This document shows positions 1 through 10,414 of a DNA stretch of 64,000 bases, piece by piece (the first letter of the stretch is position 1; the number at the start of each line of letters is the position of its first letter). The DNA lies in assembly GCA_047601445.1 (NCBI GenBank), contig JASGJH010000001.1, positions 8,352,001 to 8,416,000 of the forward strand, in the 5' to 3' direction. A program made the position numbers and the translations under genes. A model generated the notes under the pieces. That model was given only the letters and a program-made list of their open reading frames with translations. It was not told the origin of the DNA and made no database searches. Source of the stretch: Myxococcales bacterium (lineage in GTDB: Bacteria > Myxococcota_A > Polyangia > Polyangiales > DASUME01).

Positions 1-675
1 ACTTCGCGCACGCCTGGGAGTCTCTCGCCCGCGCCTGCCGCGCCCAGCTTGCCGCCCGCTGTCACCAGCTATCCTCGGCTCAGCGCCGTCAAGATCGCAG
101 CGGTGGTCACGGTCTTGGGGCTCGCGTCAGGCACTGCCTTGTTGATCCGCAAGGACGGGCAGCCTTCCGCGTTGCACGAACCCAACGTGGTCCTGGAGCC
201 CAGGCCCGCAGCCGCCGCTGCGCTGCGCGCCGAGCCCACCCCAGCGCCCTCCTTGCAGGCCGCGCGCCCCCAACCCCGCGCCACGGTGCATTTGCAGATC
301 CAGGTGGCCGGAGCGGACGCTCAGGCCACGCTCGACGGGTCGACCCTCACCAGGCTGCCGTTCGACGCCGACCTGATGCGCGACGGCATCTTGCATCACC
401 TGGAGGTCTCGGCCCCGGGACATCAGACCAAGCGCATCCTGGTGGCCCTCGATCGCGACCAAGATCTGACGGTTGTGCTCGATCCGTTGCCGCTCGATGC
501 GCCGCACGGGAGCCGTCGGCACAGCAGGTCCGGCGCACAAGCAGACGACGAGAGCGCGCTCACGGGCCCGAGTTCTCTGCCGCCGGCGGTCGACGAGTTT
601 CTACCGGGCGCGAAGCTGCCCACCGTTCATCGCGTGCAGGCCGAGATCGACACGATCAATCCGTACCTCGAGTGA
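1..675 (+). CDS. C-terminal part of a membrane-anchored protein (TM helix + PEGA-like domain), probably a myxobacterial Ser/Thr kinase; 5' truncated by the window edge
   Basis: Frame is open from base 1. Pro-rich linker, TM segment (IAAVVTVLGLASGTALLI), PEGA-like stretch (ATLDG...HHLEVSAPG) and C-terminal IDTINPY, as seen in myxobacterial kinase tails. The kinase domain itself is not in the window. Confidence 0.6.
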   Translation, partial: TSRTPGSLSPAPAAPSLPPAVTSYPRLSAVKIAAVVTVLGLASGTALLIRKDGQPSALHEPNVVLEPRPAAAAALRAEPTPAPSLQAARPQPRATVHLQIQVAGADAQATLDGSTLTRLPFDADLMRDGILHHLEVSAPGHQTKRILVALDRDQDLTVVLDPLPLDAPHGSRRHSRSGAQADDESALTGPSSLPPAVDEFLPGAKLPTVHRVQAEIDTINPYLE

Positions 676-874
676 CGCCTGGCTGGAGGCGCTGCCCACT
701 CGAGCGCTACTGGCAGCCACCCACGAACATCTGAAGGTCCCCGTCGAGCACACCAACGATGGTCACACGCTGGGCGTCGCTCTCAGAACATGGGCAAACC
801 GGCACGGTAGTGAGCTCGGATACGGTGGTCCACGCCGAGGCGTCCCGAGAGAACCGCGATCACCCCGAGGTCGC

Positions 875-912
875 GCTGCGCTATCGTGCTCTGGCTGCGC
901 TATCGTGCTCTG
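875..912 (+). repeat. Perfect 19-bp tandem duplication (GCTGCGCTATCGTGCTCTG x2)
   Basis: Copies at 875-893 and 894-912, ending 3 nt before the ATG at 916. Confidence 0.9.
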
Positions 913-915
913 GCC

Positions 916-1800
916 ATGCGGCGGCTCGCCACGTTGTTGTTCGCGGTCGGTGTCGGTGCGCTCAGCGCGTCCGCGGGCGCCGAGCGAGCCGGGATCGACG
1001 CCGAGTGGGCCTGGATCAAGGCGCGTTTTCAGGGTGGCGATTCGTACGATCCGGCGTCCCGAGAGGACCCACTGCAGCGCTTGCTCGCTTGGGTTCCGCC
1101 GGGACGAGCCGCCACCATCTTCGATCGCGCCTGTCGCCCCCTGCGCGTGTGGCGCAAGGGCGCTGCGCTGGAGGGCTATGCACGGCGCACCCAGCACATC
1201 GTGGGCAACACGAAGACCGTGCTGATCCAACGCCTCACCATCGACCACTTCTTCGAGATTCAGGACGCCGACTACACCATGTACGAACGCCAAGCGGGCG
1301 GCGGCTGGCACGAGACCGAGAGCCTCGGCGGCGGCTACGCGTCCCAGCGCATCGGCTCGGCGTTGTTCGCGGTGCATCACGATGCCGCCTGGTTCGACGA
1401 GAGCTTGGTCGACCTCCGCGTCGCCTGCGACGCCGTGCGCGAGGAGGTCAGCCAGTGCGAGCGCGGCGCCACCCGCACGTGCTCGCTGTGCACTCACTGG
1501 GCGCTCCATGCCAGCACCAACGAGCCCGATCGCGGCATCGGTTTCCACATCCGCAGGATCCGTAGCGAAGCGAAAGGGCAGGGCTGCGATCTCCCTTGCT
1601 CAGCCGACGATCCCCCTGCAGACGTGGTACGCGCGAACACCACCCTCGCCAAGATGTCGTTTCCGTACCTGGGCTTCGCGGACGGGCATCCGCACCTGTT
1701 TCGCACGCGCGCCGCGTGCAGGCGCTACCGCAGCCAGCACACGATCGAGGAGGACGAGTTGTACCTTTGGGAGCCCGTCTATGCGGATTGGGAAGAGTAG
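916..1800 (+). CDS. Hypothetical secreted Cys-containing protein
   Basis: Signal-peptide-like N-terminus MRRLATLLFAVGVGALSASAGA, GC3-rich codons, several Cys; no recognised family. Confidence 0.7.
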   Translation: MRRLATLLFAVGVGALSASAGAERAGIDAEWAWIKARFQGGDSYDPASREDPLQRLLAWVPPGRAATIFDRACRPLRVWRKGAALEGYARRTQHIVGNTKTVLIQRLTIDHFFEIQDADYTMYERQAGGGWHETESLGGGYASQRIGSALFAVHHDAAWFDESLVDLRVACDAVREEVSQCERGATRTCSLCTHWALHASTNEPDRGIGFHIRRIRSEAKGQGCDLPCSADDPPADVVRANTTLAKMSFPYLGFADGHPHLFRTRAACRRYRSQHTIEEDELYLWEPVYADWEE

Positions 1801-1888
1801 GAGCGACCCTGACCACCGTTGGCTCGGCGCACGAATGTTCCTCGCTGATGATCGTGGGCCTCGTGCCCCGGCGCAGGATGGGCTCGAC

Positions 1889-2374
1889 CTAGTACGCCTC
1901 GATCACACCGCAGCCGATGCGCTCGCCACCTTCGGCGTGCACCACGAATGCGTGGCCGAGTGGATCGGTATCCGCGTTGCCGTCGAGGGTCCACAGCTGG
2001 TCGGCTGAAGTGCGATCGTTCAGGAAGGTCGAGCTGCCGGTCCCGTCGGCGCACACGACATTGGGGATTCCCTCGCCGCGCACGCCGCCCGGACCCCAGT
2101 GGCCTCCCTGGCCTGCTGCATCGGCGCAGCTCGTGCCTTGATGGATGTGCACGGGATGCGAACCGTCAGGGCAGTTCTCGAGCGTGACCTTCACGCGCAC
2201 GCCCGTCGGGCGTTGAGAGAAGGAGACCGTGCCGGTCACTTCGCCCGCGCCGAAGGGGGAGATCTCGCCCACTTCCGAGGCATCCCAGGGCGGGTTCTCG
2301 CCGTGACCGCAGGCGACTGCTGAGAAGATGACGAGCGCTGGCAGCGCGCGAAATGCGGCTTGTCTCAAGATCAT
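1889..2374 (-). CDS. sodC: Cu/Zn-superoxide dismutase family lipoprotein (Zn ligands apparently missing)
   Basis: Lipobox-like AVAC; HIH, GGHW, FVVHA and RIGCGVI motifs of Sod_Cu. Confidence 0.85.
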   Translation of the reverse strand: MILRQAAFRALPALVIFSAVACGHGENPPWDASEVGEISPFGAGEVTGTVSFSQRPTGVRVKVTLENCPDGSHPVHIHQGTSCADAAGQGGHWGPGGVRGEGIPNVVCADGTGSSTFLNDRTSADQLWTLDGNADTDPLGHAFVVHAEGGERIGCGVIEAY

Positions 2375-2671
2375 GGTGCTGTTCCTCTTCACTCGTACGC
2401 CAAGTTGGATGAGCCAGGTGGAGGCCCGAGTGCCCTCGCAACCAGTCGTCCACCTCACACTTCGGGATACGTCTGCGGAATCAGCATACGGGGGTGAAAG
2501 GGAAAGCTCCCCTTGCCGGGTTTCGTGCTCGCGAGATCTCCGAGGGCCTGGTTGCTGATCGGCGAGCTCCCATTCGGCGCGCGCGGCGCCTCTGGATATG
2601 GCCCTCATTCGGATATGCATGGCAGCGCCACGACGTGCTCGTGGGTTCGCTCTGAGCCCCGTCGTCGATGA

Positions 2672-3094
2672 CTACGGTGCGGGCAGAAAACTACGCGCGA
2701 TCTTGATCAGGGCTTCCATGCGAATGGGCTTCTGCAGGCAACCCGCTGCCCCGAGCTCGCGGGCAGCCTGGGCCGCCCCCGGAAAGCTGCCGGTCAGCAG
2801 CACGACGGGCACCTCGGCCAGATCGGGAACGGCACGGATCGCAGCGAGCACCTCGAGTCCGCCCATGCCGGGCATGGCCACGTCCAGAAAGACCACGCCG
2901 ATGCTGGGATCTGCGCGCAGCATCTCGAGGGCGCGTGGGCCGTCGGGGGCTTCGATCACGGCGATGGAGGCCTGCTCCAGTACGTTGCGCAGGACGAGCC
3001 GGATGGGCTCCGCGTCGTCGACTAGCAGGGCACGGGAGCGCGGTTTCGCCGCCGAAGCGCCGCTTGCACCGGCATGGCTTGGAAGGTCAGGCAC
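2672..3094 (-). CDS. Single-domain response regulator (CheY-like receiver)
   Basis: LLVDD, FLDVAMPGMGG, LLTG and QKP receiver motifs; start codon uncertain. Confidence 0.85.
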   Translation of the reverse strand: MPDLPSHAGASGASAAKPRSRALLVDDAEPIRLVLRNVLEQASIAVIEAPDGPRALEMLRADPSIGVVFLDVAMPGMGGLEVLAAIRAVPDLAEVPVVLLTGSFPGAAQAARELGAAGCLQKPIRMEALIKIARSFLPAP

Positions 3095-3218
3095 GTCGTT
3101 GGCGTCGACTATGGCCCGAAGCGCATCGGCTGGAAAGGGAGTGCCGCAGGGCGGGCTCGTCTCGAGCTCGCTTTGGGACCGCTCACATCGGCCCGCGAAA
3201 CCTCCGCGGGCTCGAAAA

Positions 3219-6200
3219 TCAAGCGGTTCCCACCTCCGCCGGTGTGCGAAGGCGGACGATCCAGCGCTCGGGCAGCCAAATCGCTGCCGTGAAGGGGCGC
3301 CTGTCTTCGTCCGTCGCCGACTCGAGCTCGAGGTCCACCTTGCCGCCGCGCTCGGCCATCAGGACCCGTACGGCATCGAGTCCCACGCCGCGGCCCGAGA
3401 TGCGGCTGGCGTCCGCGGTGCTGATGCCGCTCTGGAATGCGAGCTGAGCAAGCTCCTCATCGGACTCACAAGGTAGAGCGCGCGCCGCGGCCTGGGCCCG
3501 CAACGCGGCCACGGAGAGACCACGGCCGTCGTCGTGCACGCGAAGCTCGCAGCCGTGGCCGTTCGACCGCACGGACAGCGTGACCTTGCCGGCATCCGGC
3601 TTGCCACGCACACGCCGCTCCTCGACCGGCTCGATGCCGTGGTCGAGCGCATTGCGTAGCAGGTGCATGAACACATCGCGCAGGGCCGGGACGATCTCGG
3701 CGCGGAAGCGGACCTGAGCGGGCGCCTGGTGCGAGGACTCCACGGCCACGAAGCGCGGTAAGGGGCGCTCGAGTTGCTGCGCGAGCGTGCCCAGCGCGGG
3801 TCGCAGGTCGGCCACCAAATCATCGAGCGTGCTGCTGCCGATGGCGTCCACCAACGTGAGGATCTCCTCGGGTTGCCCGCTGCGCGCGGCTTCCCGGATT
3901 CGTTCCAGCAAGCCGCCGTCGACGGCGCTGGCCCGCACCGCGATGCGCGCGAAAGGCTCGAGCTGGACCTCGTAGACTTTGCGGATCTGCTCGAAGCTCG
4001 AGCGCACCGCCGAGAGATCCTCCGCGAGCTTCGCGTGGTCCCACTGCTCGGGCGCGAGCTCGCGATAGGTGGCGTAGGTGTCCTCGGCCGCATGGGCGGC
4101 GGCTGCCAACGCGTCGAAGGCGTAGGTGCGCGCGTTGCCCTTGACCGTGTGGAGCTCGCGAAACAAACCCGCGAGCACCTCGGGGCCAGGCCGGTCCGCG
4201 AGCAGCGTCTCGCAGCGTGAGAGGTGGCGCTCGGTATCGGCCACGAAGTCCATGAAGGCGGAGCGTGGCAGTGCCAGGATGCGCCCGATGATTCTCGAGG
4301 TCCCTGCGCTGGGCCTGAGTCTCTTGCTCCAGGGAGCGCAGCGCGGTCACGTCTTTCACGCTCACGAGGAGCTTCTCGACCTTCCCCGAGTCGTCCTGGA
4401 TGGCACTCCAGTTGAGCTCGAGGGCGTGCGCGCTGCCGTCCGGGTGACGTCGGTGGAGCGTCCGCACCAACAGATGGCGGTTGGACTCGTACCACAACAG
4501 CTCGCACCCCACGGAACACTCCACGGCCGCTTGCACTTGGCTCAGCACGTCGGGAGCGACATCGCTGTCAGAGAACAGCAGCTCCGTGTAGTGGCGTCCC
4601 GCAACTCGCCGCGTGCCCAGGATGGACTCGAGCTGCTTGGAGTACTCGGGATGCACCGTGCCGTCGCGCAGGATCGTGAAGATGCCCTCGTCGAGGTTCT
4701 GCAGCATGTTGTCCAGGTCGCTGGTCTTGCGCCGTAGCTCGGCGGTGCGCTCCTCTACCTTCTGCTCCAGCTCGCGATAGACGCGTGCATTCTCGATCGA
4801 AATGGCCGCCTGCGACGCCAATACCTCCAGCACCTCCTGATGCTCGGCCGTGAACGCGCGCGCCGCCAGGTTGTTCTCGAGGTACAGCACCCCCAGCAGC
4901 TTGCCACCGTTGAGGATGGGGCGACACAGGATGGACTTGGGGCGCCGCAGCTGCACGTAGGGGTCCTCGGTGAACTCGCCTTCCACCGAGGCGTTGTCGA
5001 GCAACTCGGGGCGCTTCACCCGCGCCACGAAGCGCACCAGGCTCTCTGCGACCAGACAATCGGCGGCTCTCTTCGCGGGAAACGGGATATTGCCCAGCAC
5101 CATCAGCTGCGCGCCCTGCGCGCCCACCACCAGCTCGCCCTGCACGCGCAGCGCGTTGTCCTCCTGCAGGAGCAGCACGGCCCGTTGTGCGCCCGAGCTC
5201 TGACAGAGCTGGCGCAAGAGCACCGCGATCAAGCCTTCGAGCTTGACCTGGCTCGAGATGGCCTGGGCTCCGCGAGCCAGAGACTCCACGCCGAGCCGCA
5301 GCGAGAACGTGGGAGACGACGTGGCGCTGTCGTTCGGACCCTGGCGCCGCGAGGGCGCCGCACCTTCGTCGCTCGGATCGGAGAGATCCGGGAACTCCTG
5401 CGCGATGCGCCGCAGCTCTGCACGAAACTGCAGGCTCCCCGCGACTCGCTGGGCCTTTTGCGCGACCCAGCGCGCTTCGAGCATCAGGCCGTGCTCGCGC
5501 AGCAGACCGGCCAGGCGCCGACAGGCCAACAGCTCGTTGAAACTGCTCACGCCGCGCGCCTCGGACATGGCGCGCTCGTACAGGCGCATGGCGTCGCCCA
5601 TGCGACCTGCGCGACGAGCTTGCTCGGCTTCCAGCAGAGCCACGTGGGAGCGGAAGTTCGGGGCGTTGCGGTCGTAGGCCGTAAAGAGCGCCCGATTCAC
5701 GCGATAGTAAGCGCCTGCGGCGGCCCGCTCGCCCACGCTCAACTGGCTCGCATTGCAGGCGAGATAGGCCAGCGCGAAGAAGTAACGATGGACGTGCTCC
5801 ACCAGGATGCCCAGCAGATCCAGCGCCTGCACCTTGAACGCGAGGCCGGCGCGCAACGAGCCCTCGAAGTCCCCCGCCAGATAGCGCTCAGCCTGGCACA
5901 GCGTCGCCAGGTACCCCCGCATCACGATGTTGCCGGGCGCCTCGAGCTTCTTGGTGTAGGCCTCCAGATCGAAGGCCTGCACCTCGGGCTCGAGCGTGAT
6001 TCCGTGTGGCTCTCCGGCCTCACGCCAGCTTGCCAGCGTGCGCAAGACGAGTAGCTGGTTTTCCGTGATCTCCGGATCGCCGTGCTTTTGATGCAAGCGC
6101 AGCACCTCCAGGTTCTGGCGATACACGTCGTCCAGGGAGCGCGTACCGAAGAACAGGCAGTGCGCGCGCGTCATGGCGAGCGTGTAGTCCGCCATGTTGA

Positions 6201-9200
6201 CGGCGCCGGCGTCGAGGTTCATGGCCACTGCGGCGGCCACCGCTTGCTCCCAGCCCTCGAGGCTCACGGTCTGGTGCAGCGCCACCGTGCAGCGAATCAG
6301 CTCGATCTGTCCGCGCTGCTGCGGGTTGGGATATTTCTCGTTGACCGCGTAGGCGAGCCGCAGATAAGCCTGCGCGCTCTGGATCACCTTGAAGGCCCCG
6401 GCCTCGGTGCCCATGCAGGCCGCGTAGCCGAAGGGGGAGAGAGACGTGTTACCGTAGCGCAGACTGAGCTGCGCCATCTGCATGGCCAACAAGCCGTACA
6501 GATCCGAGCTCACCATGTAGGCCGAGTGACTCAGCGCGTTGAGGATCTTGAAGGCGGCGATGGCGCGCGGATCGGTGGCGGCGGGCAAATCGATCAGGCT
6601 CGCGGTGCTGCGTCGGCCTTGCTGCCACTTGAAGCGTGCGTAGGCCGCGACCACCTGGGCCTTGCTCGGGCGCGGTGGCACGTGAACACCGAGCGGCGCC
6701 AAGCGCTCCACGCCCAGCGCGACCGCTTCTTGGTGGCGATTCTGGACGAACAACGCCGCGAGCAAGAGCTGCACTGCGGGCGCATTGGCCACGGGATCGC
6801 GCACGTGCTCCAGGCAGAGCGAGGCGTGTCGCGCGCACACATCGGCGCGCGAGCATGCAAAATTGGCGCTGGCCAGGCCCAGATAGGCCTCGAAGGCAAG
6901 CGCCGTCTGGGTCTTCCAGGCGTCTTGGGGGAGGGCGAGCGCCGCCTGCTCGAAGAGCTCCCTGGCCTGTTGAAAGGCCGCCGCGGCCAACGCCTTGTGA
7001 CCAGCGCGGATGTTCAGACGCACCAGTTCGTTGAGCTCGGCGGGCTCAGCGCCCAGCGCGCGCGAGCGGTTCAAGTTCTCGACGATCTTGAACAGCTGTT
7101 GCTCCACGCCCTCGGCATCGAGCGTGGCGAGCAGGTGCCGACCGACCAGGCGCTGGCGCCGCATGCGCTCCTCGGCGTCCACCAACACGTGGGCGGCCTC
7201 GTGGATCTTGTCGTGCAAGAAGCGCAGCTGCCCTCCGGCCTCTGCCAACAGACCGTCTTCGATCGCCGGAAGGATCGCCTTGTAGGCGGCATGTTCCGTC
7301 GTCTGCAGCACGATGGCCAGGCTGCGCAGCGCGAACTCCACGCCCAAGATGGCCGCCAGGTTCAGCGCGCTGCAAGTCTCGGGCGCGTAGCGGAGGAGCT
7401 TGTGCGTCATCAACTCCACGACGTTGTCCGGCAGGTTGCGCGCCGTGATCTCCGAGAGGCTCCAGCTCCATTGCCCCTCGGCGAAGACGAGCAGCCCCTC
7501 TTCGTGGAGTCCGCGGAGCATCTGGATCAAGAAGAACGGATTGCCCTCGGTCTTGGCCAGGTGCACGAGTGCGAGCGCGCGTAGCGCCCGATCCTGAGGG
7601 TCCCTTCGCAATGCATCGGAGAGCAGCTCCTCCACGTGCTCCTGCGCGAGTGGCGCGAGCTGAATCCGACACACCTCGGTCAGCGACCGCAGTTTGTCGT
7701 CGAACATCAGCTGCAAGGGGTGGTGGGCTCCCACTTCATTGTCACGGTACGCGAGGATCAACATCGTGTGGTGGATCTGCTTCTCGATCCACGAGCCCAC
7801 GAGCTCGAGGCTCGCAGCGTCGGCCCACTGCATGTCATCCAGGAACAGCACCAGCGGGTGCTCTGCGGTCGCCAGCACGCCCAGCGCCGCGTGGCAGTTG
7901 CGGACGAAGCGGTTCTGACGTGCGATCGGGGCGGCCTCGGGCAACTCCGGCTGAGGGCCGAGCAAGGTCTCGAGCAGCGGCACCACGTCGATGAGACACT
8001 GTCCCTCGGAATGCAGCGCGGCCAGGAGCTCGCCGCGGAAATGGGCCACCACCTCGTCGCTCTCGCGCAACACCAGACGCACCAACTCGGTCAAGGCGTG
8101 CTGAATTGCGCTGTAGGGTCGGGCCTTGTCGAACTGATCGTACTTGCCCGCCGCGAAGAAGCCGCGTGCCGCGACCAATGGCTTTTGCACTTCGTTGATC
8201 AGCGCCGACTTGCCGACGCCCGAATAGCCGGACACCAGCACCAGCTCGAAGCCACCCGCCGCCGTGCCCCCGAAGGTGTGCAGCAGCTGCTCGATTTCGG
8301 ACCTTCGCCCGTAAAGTCGCTCCGGGATGCGAAACGCCTGCTGTTCGTCCCGCGTGCCCATCGCGAGCTCCGGCGGAATGGTCCGACCCGCTTGGACGAA
8401 TCCGCGTAGTTGCTCCAGGTCCGCGAGCACACCGGCTGCACTCTGGTAGCGCTGCTCGGCCTCCTTCTGCAGCAGCTTCATGATCAAGTGGGAAAGCGGC
8501 GCCGGGATCGATGGCTCGTACGCTTCGGGTGGGGCGGGCAGCTTGGCGATGTGGCAATGCACCAGCTCGAGTGGGTCCGTGCTCTCGAACGGGCAGCGGC
8601 CCGTCAACAGTTGGTAGAACGTGACGCCCAGCGAGTAGAGGTCGCTGCGAGCGTCTACGGTGCGGTTCATTTTCCCGGTCTGCTCGGGCGACATGTACGG
8701 AAGCGAGCCGAAGCGTTCTTCTCCGCGCGTACCCGAGAAGGCCTTGGAGATACCGAAGTCGATGATCCGCAGCTCCCAGGTCGCCTCGTCTACCAGGACG
8801 TTGCTCGGCTTGAGGTCTCGATGAATCACGCGCTCACGGTGGATATCGCGCACCCCGACGACCAAGCGCACGGCGAGCTCCAGAAAGCTCGCCAGATCGA
8901 GCCGCGCCTTGCGCTCGAGGAGCGCCGAGAGCGCCTCGCCACCGAAGTCATCCATCAAGATGCCGACGCCGCGCTCGAAGAACACCAGCTCGTGAACGCG
9001 GATCACGCAGGCGCTGCGCACGGCCTTCAAGCACTCGAATTCGTTCTTGATTCGCTCGAGCTCCGCGTGGCCCTGGGCGTCCGTGTCGAAGTACTTGAGA
9101 ACGCCGATGAAGCCGTCGCGTTCCCGCCGCACCCGCAGCACGCTCTTGTTGCCACTGACGTACAGCCGGTCGCGGATCTCGTAGCCCCGAAGCGTTCCCA

Positions 9201-9201
9201 A
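3219..9201 (-). CDS. Ser/Thr kinase-AAA ATPase-GAF-PAS-HPt-HATPase (CheA-like) hybrid kinase, ~1990 aa, with a +1 frameshift at ~4292
   Basis: HRDLKPSN and DFG kinase motifs; Walker A GYSGVGKS; LFLDDMQWAD; TEGNPFF; GAF (LYLENN); PAS-like segment; then in the second frame HPt (LHTVKGNA), HLLRNALDHGIE, DDGRG and SGRGVGLD. Removing one base at 4292/4293 joins the two ORFs as ...RDLEIIGRILALPRSAFMDF. TTG start at 9201 inferred from a GGGGGA element upstream. Confidence 0.85.
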
Positions 9202-9389
9202 AGGCGCGTCCCCCCAATGGGAGCGTACGAGAGGGCGAGCACACGGGCCAACTCCTCCAATTTGCGTGAATTGGGGTGGATTTCGGCCACGCCCGTCACC
9301 CCGATAGAGCACCGGGACCCGCGGTCGGTCCCCTCGGAACGCTGTATGCTCGCGGGCACCCGCTACCGTGCGGACCGAGGAGAAACTGC

Positions 9390-9935
9390 GTGGGATTGGC
9401 TCTCATGATCTTCTGCTGCGTCTTGGGCGCCCCTCTCTTCGTGCTTGGTGCGACGCCGCTCCTGCGGGTGCGCAAGGTGCCCGCTGGCAAGTCGAACCCC
9501 CTGCGAGGCCTGCTCGCTGGGCTGGCCTTTTTTGCGCTGATGTTCGGGGTCGCCTCGCTCGTAGTGCGGCTAGGGATGGGGACCCAGGAGGGCGCGTTCG
9601 TGGTGATGCTCTGGGCGTTCGGCTGGCTCGCGGTCGGGGTCGGCACGAGCTTCTCGTTCGGCGTGTTGGTTGCGCGGATCCCGGCGGGCACTCCGTCGGC
9701 CCATCCGACCTCACTCGCCCTACGCGCGCTGATACCCTGGCCGCTCTGCTTCGTACTCTTCTTGCTGCCGTGGAACGACATGAACATGGCGGGGATGGTG
9801 ATCGCGTTTGCCATGAGCGGCCTGGTGGCACCGCTCGGCGTCGCGCTCTCGGCGTCCGCCGCACGTCGGAGTGTGGAGCGCCATGGAGTGGAACCTGCCC
9901 CCGTTCCTCAGGCACGGCTAGACGCCTCCGCCTGA
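9390..9935 (+). CDS. Hypothetical integral membrane protein (~5 TM)
   Basis: GAGGAG RBS before the GTG at 9390; multiple hydrophobic segments. Confidence 0.7.
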   Translation: MGLALMIFCCVLGAPLFVLGATPLLRVRKVPAGKSNPLRGLLAGLAFFALMFGVASLVVRLGMGTQEGAFVVMLWAFGWLAVGVGTSFSFGVLVARIPAGTPSAHPTSLALRALIPWPLCFVLFLLPWNDMNMAGMVIAFAMSGLVAPLGVALSASAARRSVERHGVEPAPVPQARLDASA

Positions 9936-9970
9936 TCTTAGAACGGAAGGTCAAAATCCCTTTGATGAAC

Positions 9971-10097
9971 CGGACACCATTTCAGACCGTGTCCGTGAGC
10001 GTGGACCTGGCCGTTGGCCATCACGGGAGCGCCAACGGCCACGCAAATGGACCACGGCATTTCACTCGACAGGTCTCGAGCCGCCTGTGAGTCGTGG
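9971..10097. other. Intergenic cluster of inverted repeats (possible structured RNA or REP-like element)
   Basis: Stems CGGACAC/GTGTCCG (9971-9995), TGGCCGTTGGC/GCCAACGGCCA (10008-10041), and an imperfect stem at 10052-10097. Confidence 0.4.
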
Positions 10098-10271
10098 CCC
10101 CGCTGCCGTCGACGAGCCGAATCTCGCCGCCCTTGTTGGAGAGCCGCGCACCCTTGCGTGGCCCGTGATGGTTTCGATGCCTTCCAGAGAAAACGGTTCG
10201 CGTCGACGAGCGCTGAACTTCTACCCATCGACGCGAGAAGCACGGCGATGCTCTGCTGCGGTCTTCTTCCC

Positions 10272-10312
10272 GATTGTTGCCGGATTGTCATTGTAGCGAG
10301 CTTCGTATGTAT
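10272..10312 (+). promoter_or_regulatory. Candidate Pho-box-like 11-bp direct repeat with a downstream -10-like element
   Basis: GATTGTTGCCG/GATTGTCATTG at 11-bp period, then TATGTAT, about 100 bp upstream of a phosphoesterase gene. Confidence 0.3.
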
Positions 10313-10414
10313 GGAAGCAATCGGGAGGCTCGTAGTGCGGACTGTCCGCAGACTCGAGTGGCCGTTTCTTCCAGGGGCCGCTCTCAACTTCGTCGTTCAA
10401 GCGAGGCGAATGCC

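Noticed and set aside
2375..2671. Possible riboswitch upstream of sodC (AGGTGGA/TCCACCT stem)
   Set aside because: No recognisable aptamer consensus; short stems are expected at this GC content.
3820..4290. Arg-rich C-terminal tail of the 1830-aa ORF
   Set aside because: Out-of-frame read-through after the frameshift; the real product continues in the HPt/HATPase frame.
9945..9962. GGTCAAAATCCC resembling a tRNA T-arm or att site
   Set aside because: No cloverleaf, no second copy seen, and no integrase in the window.
10087..10296. 69-aa small ORF upstream of the phospholipase
   Set aside because: No RBS, weak codon bias and no motif.
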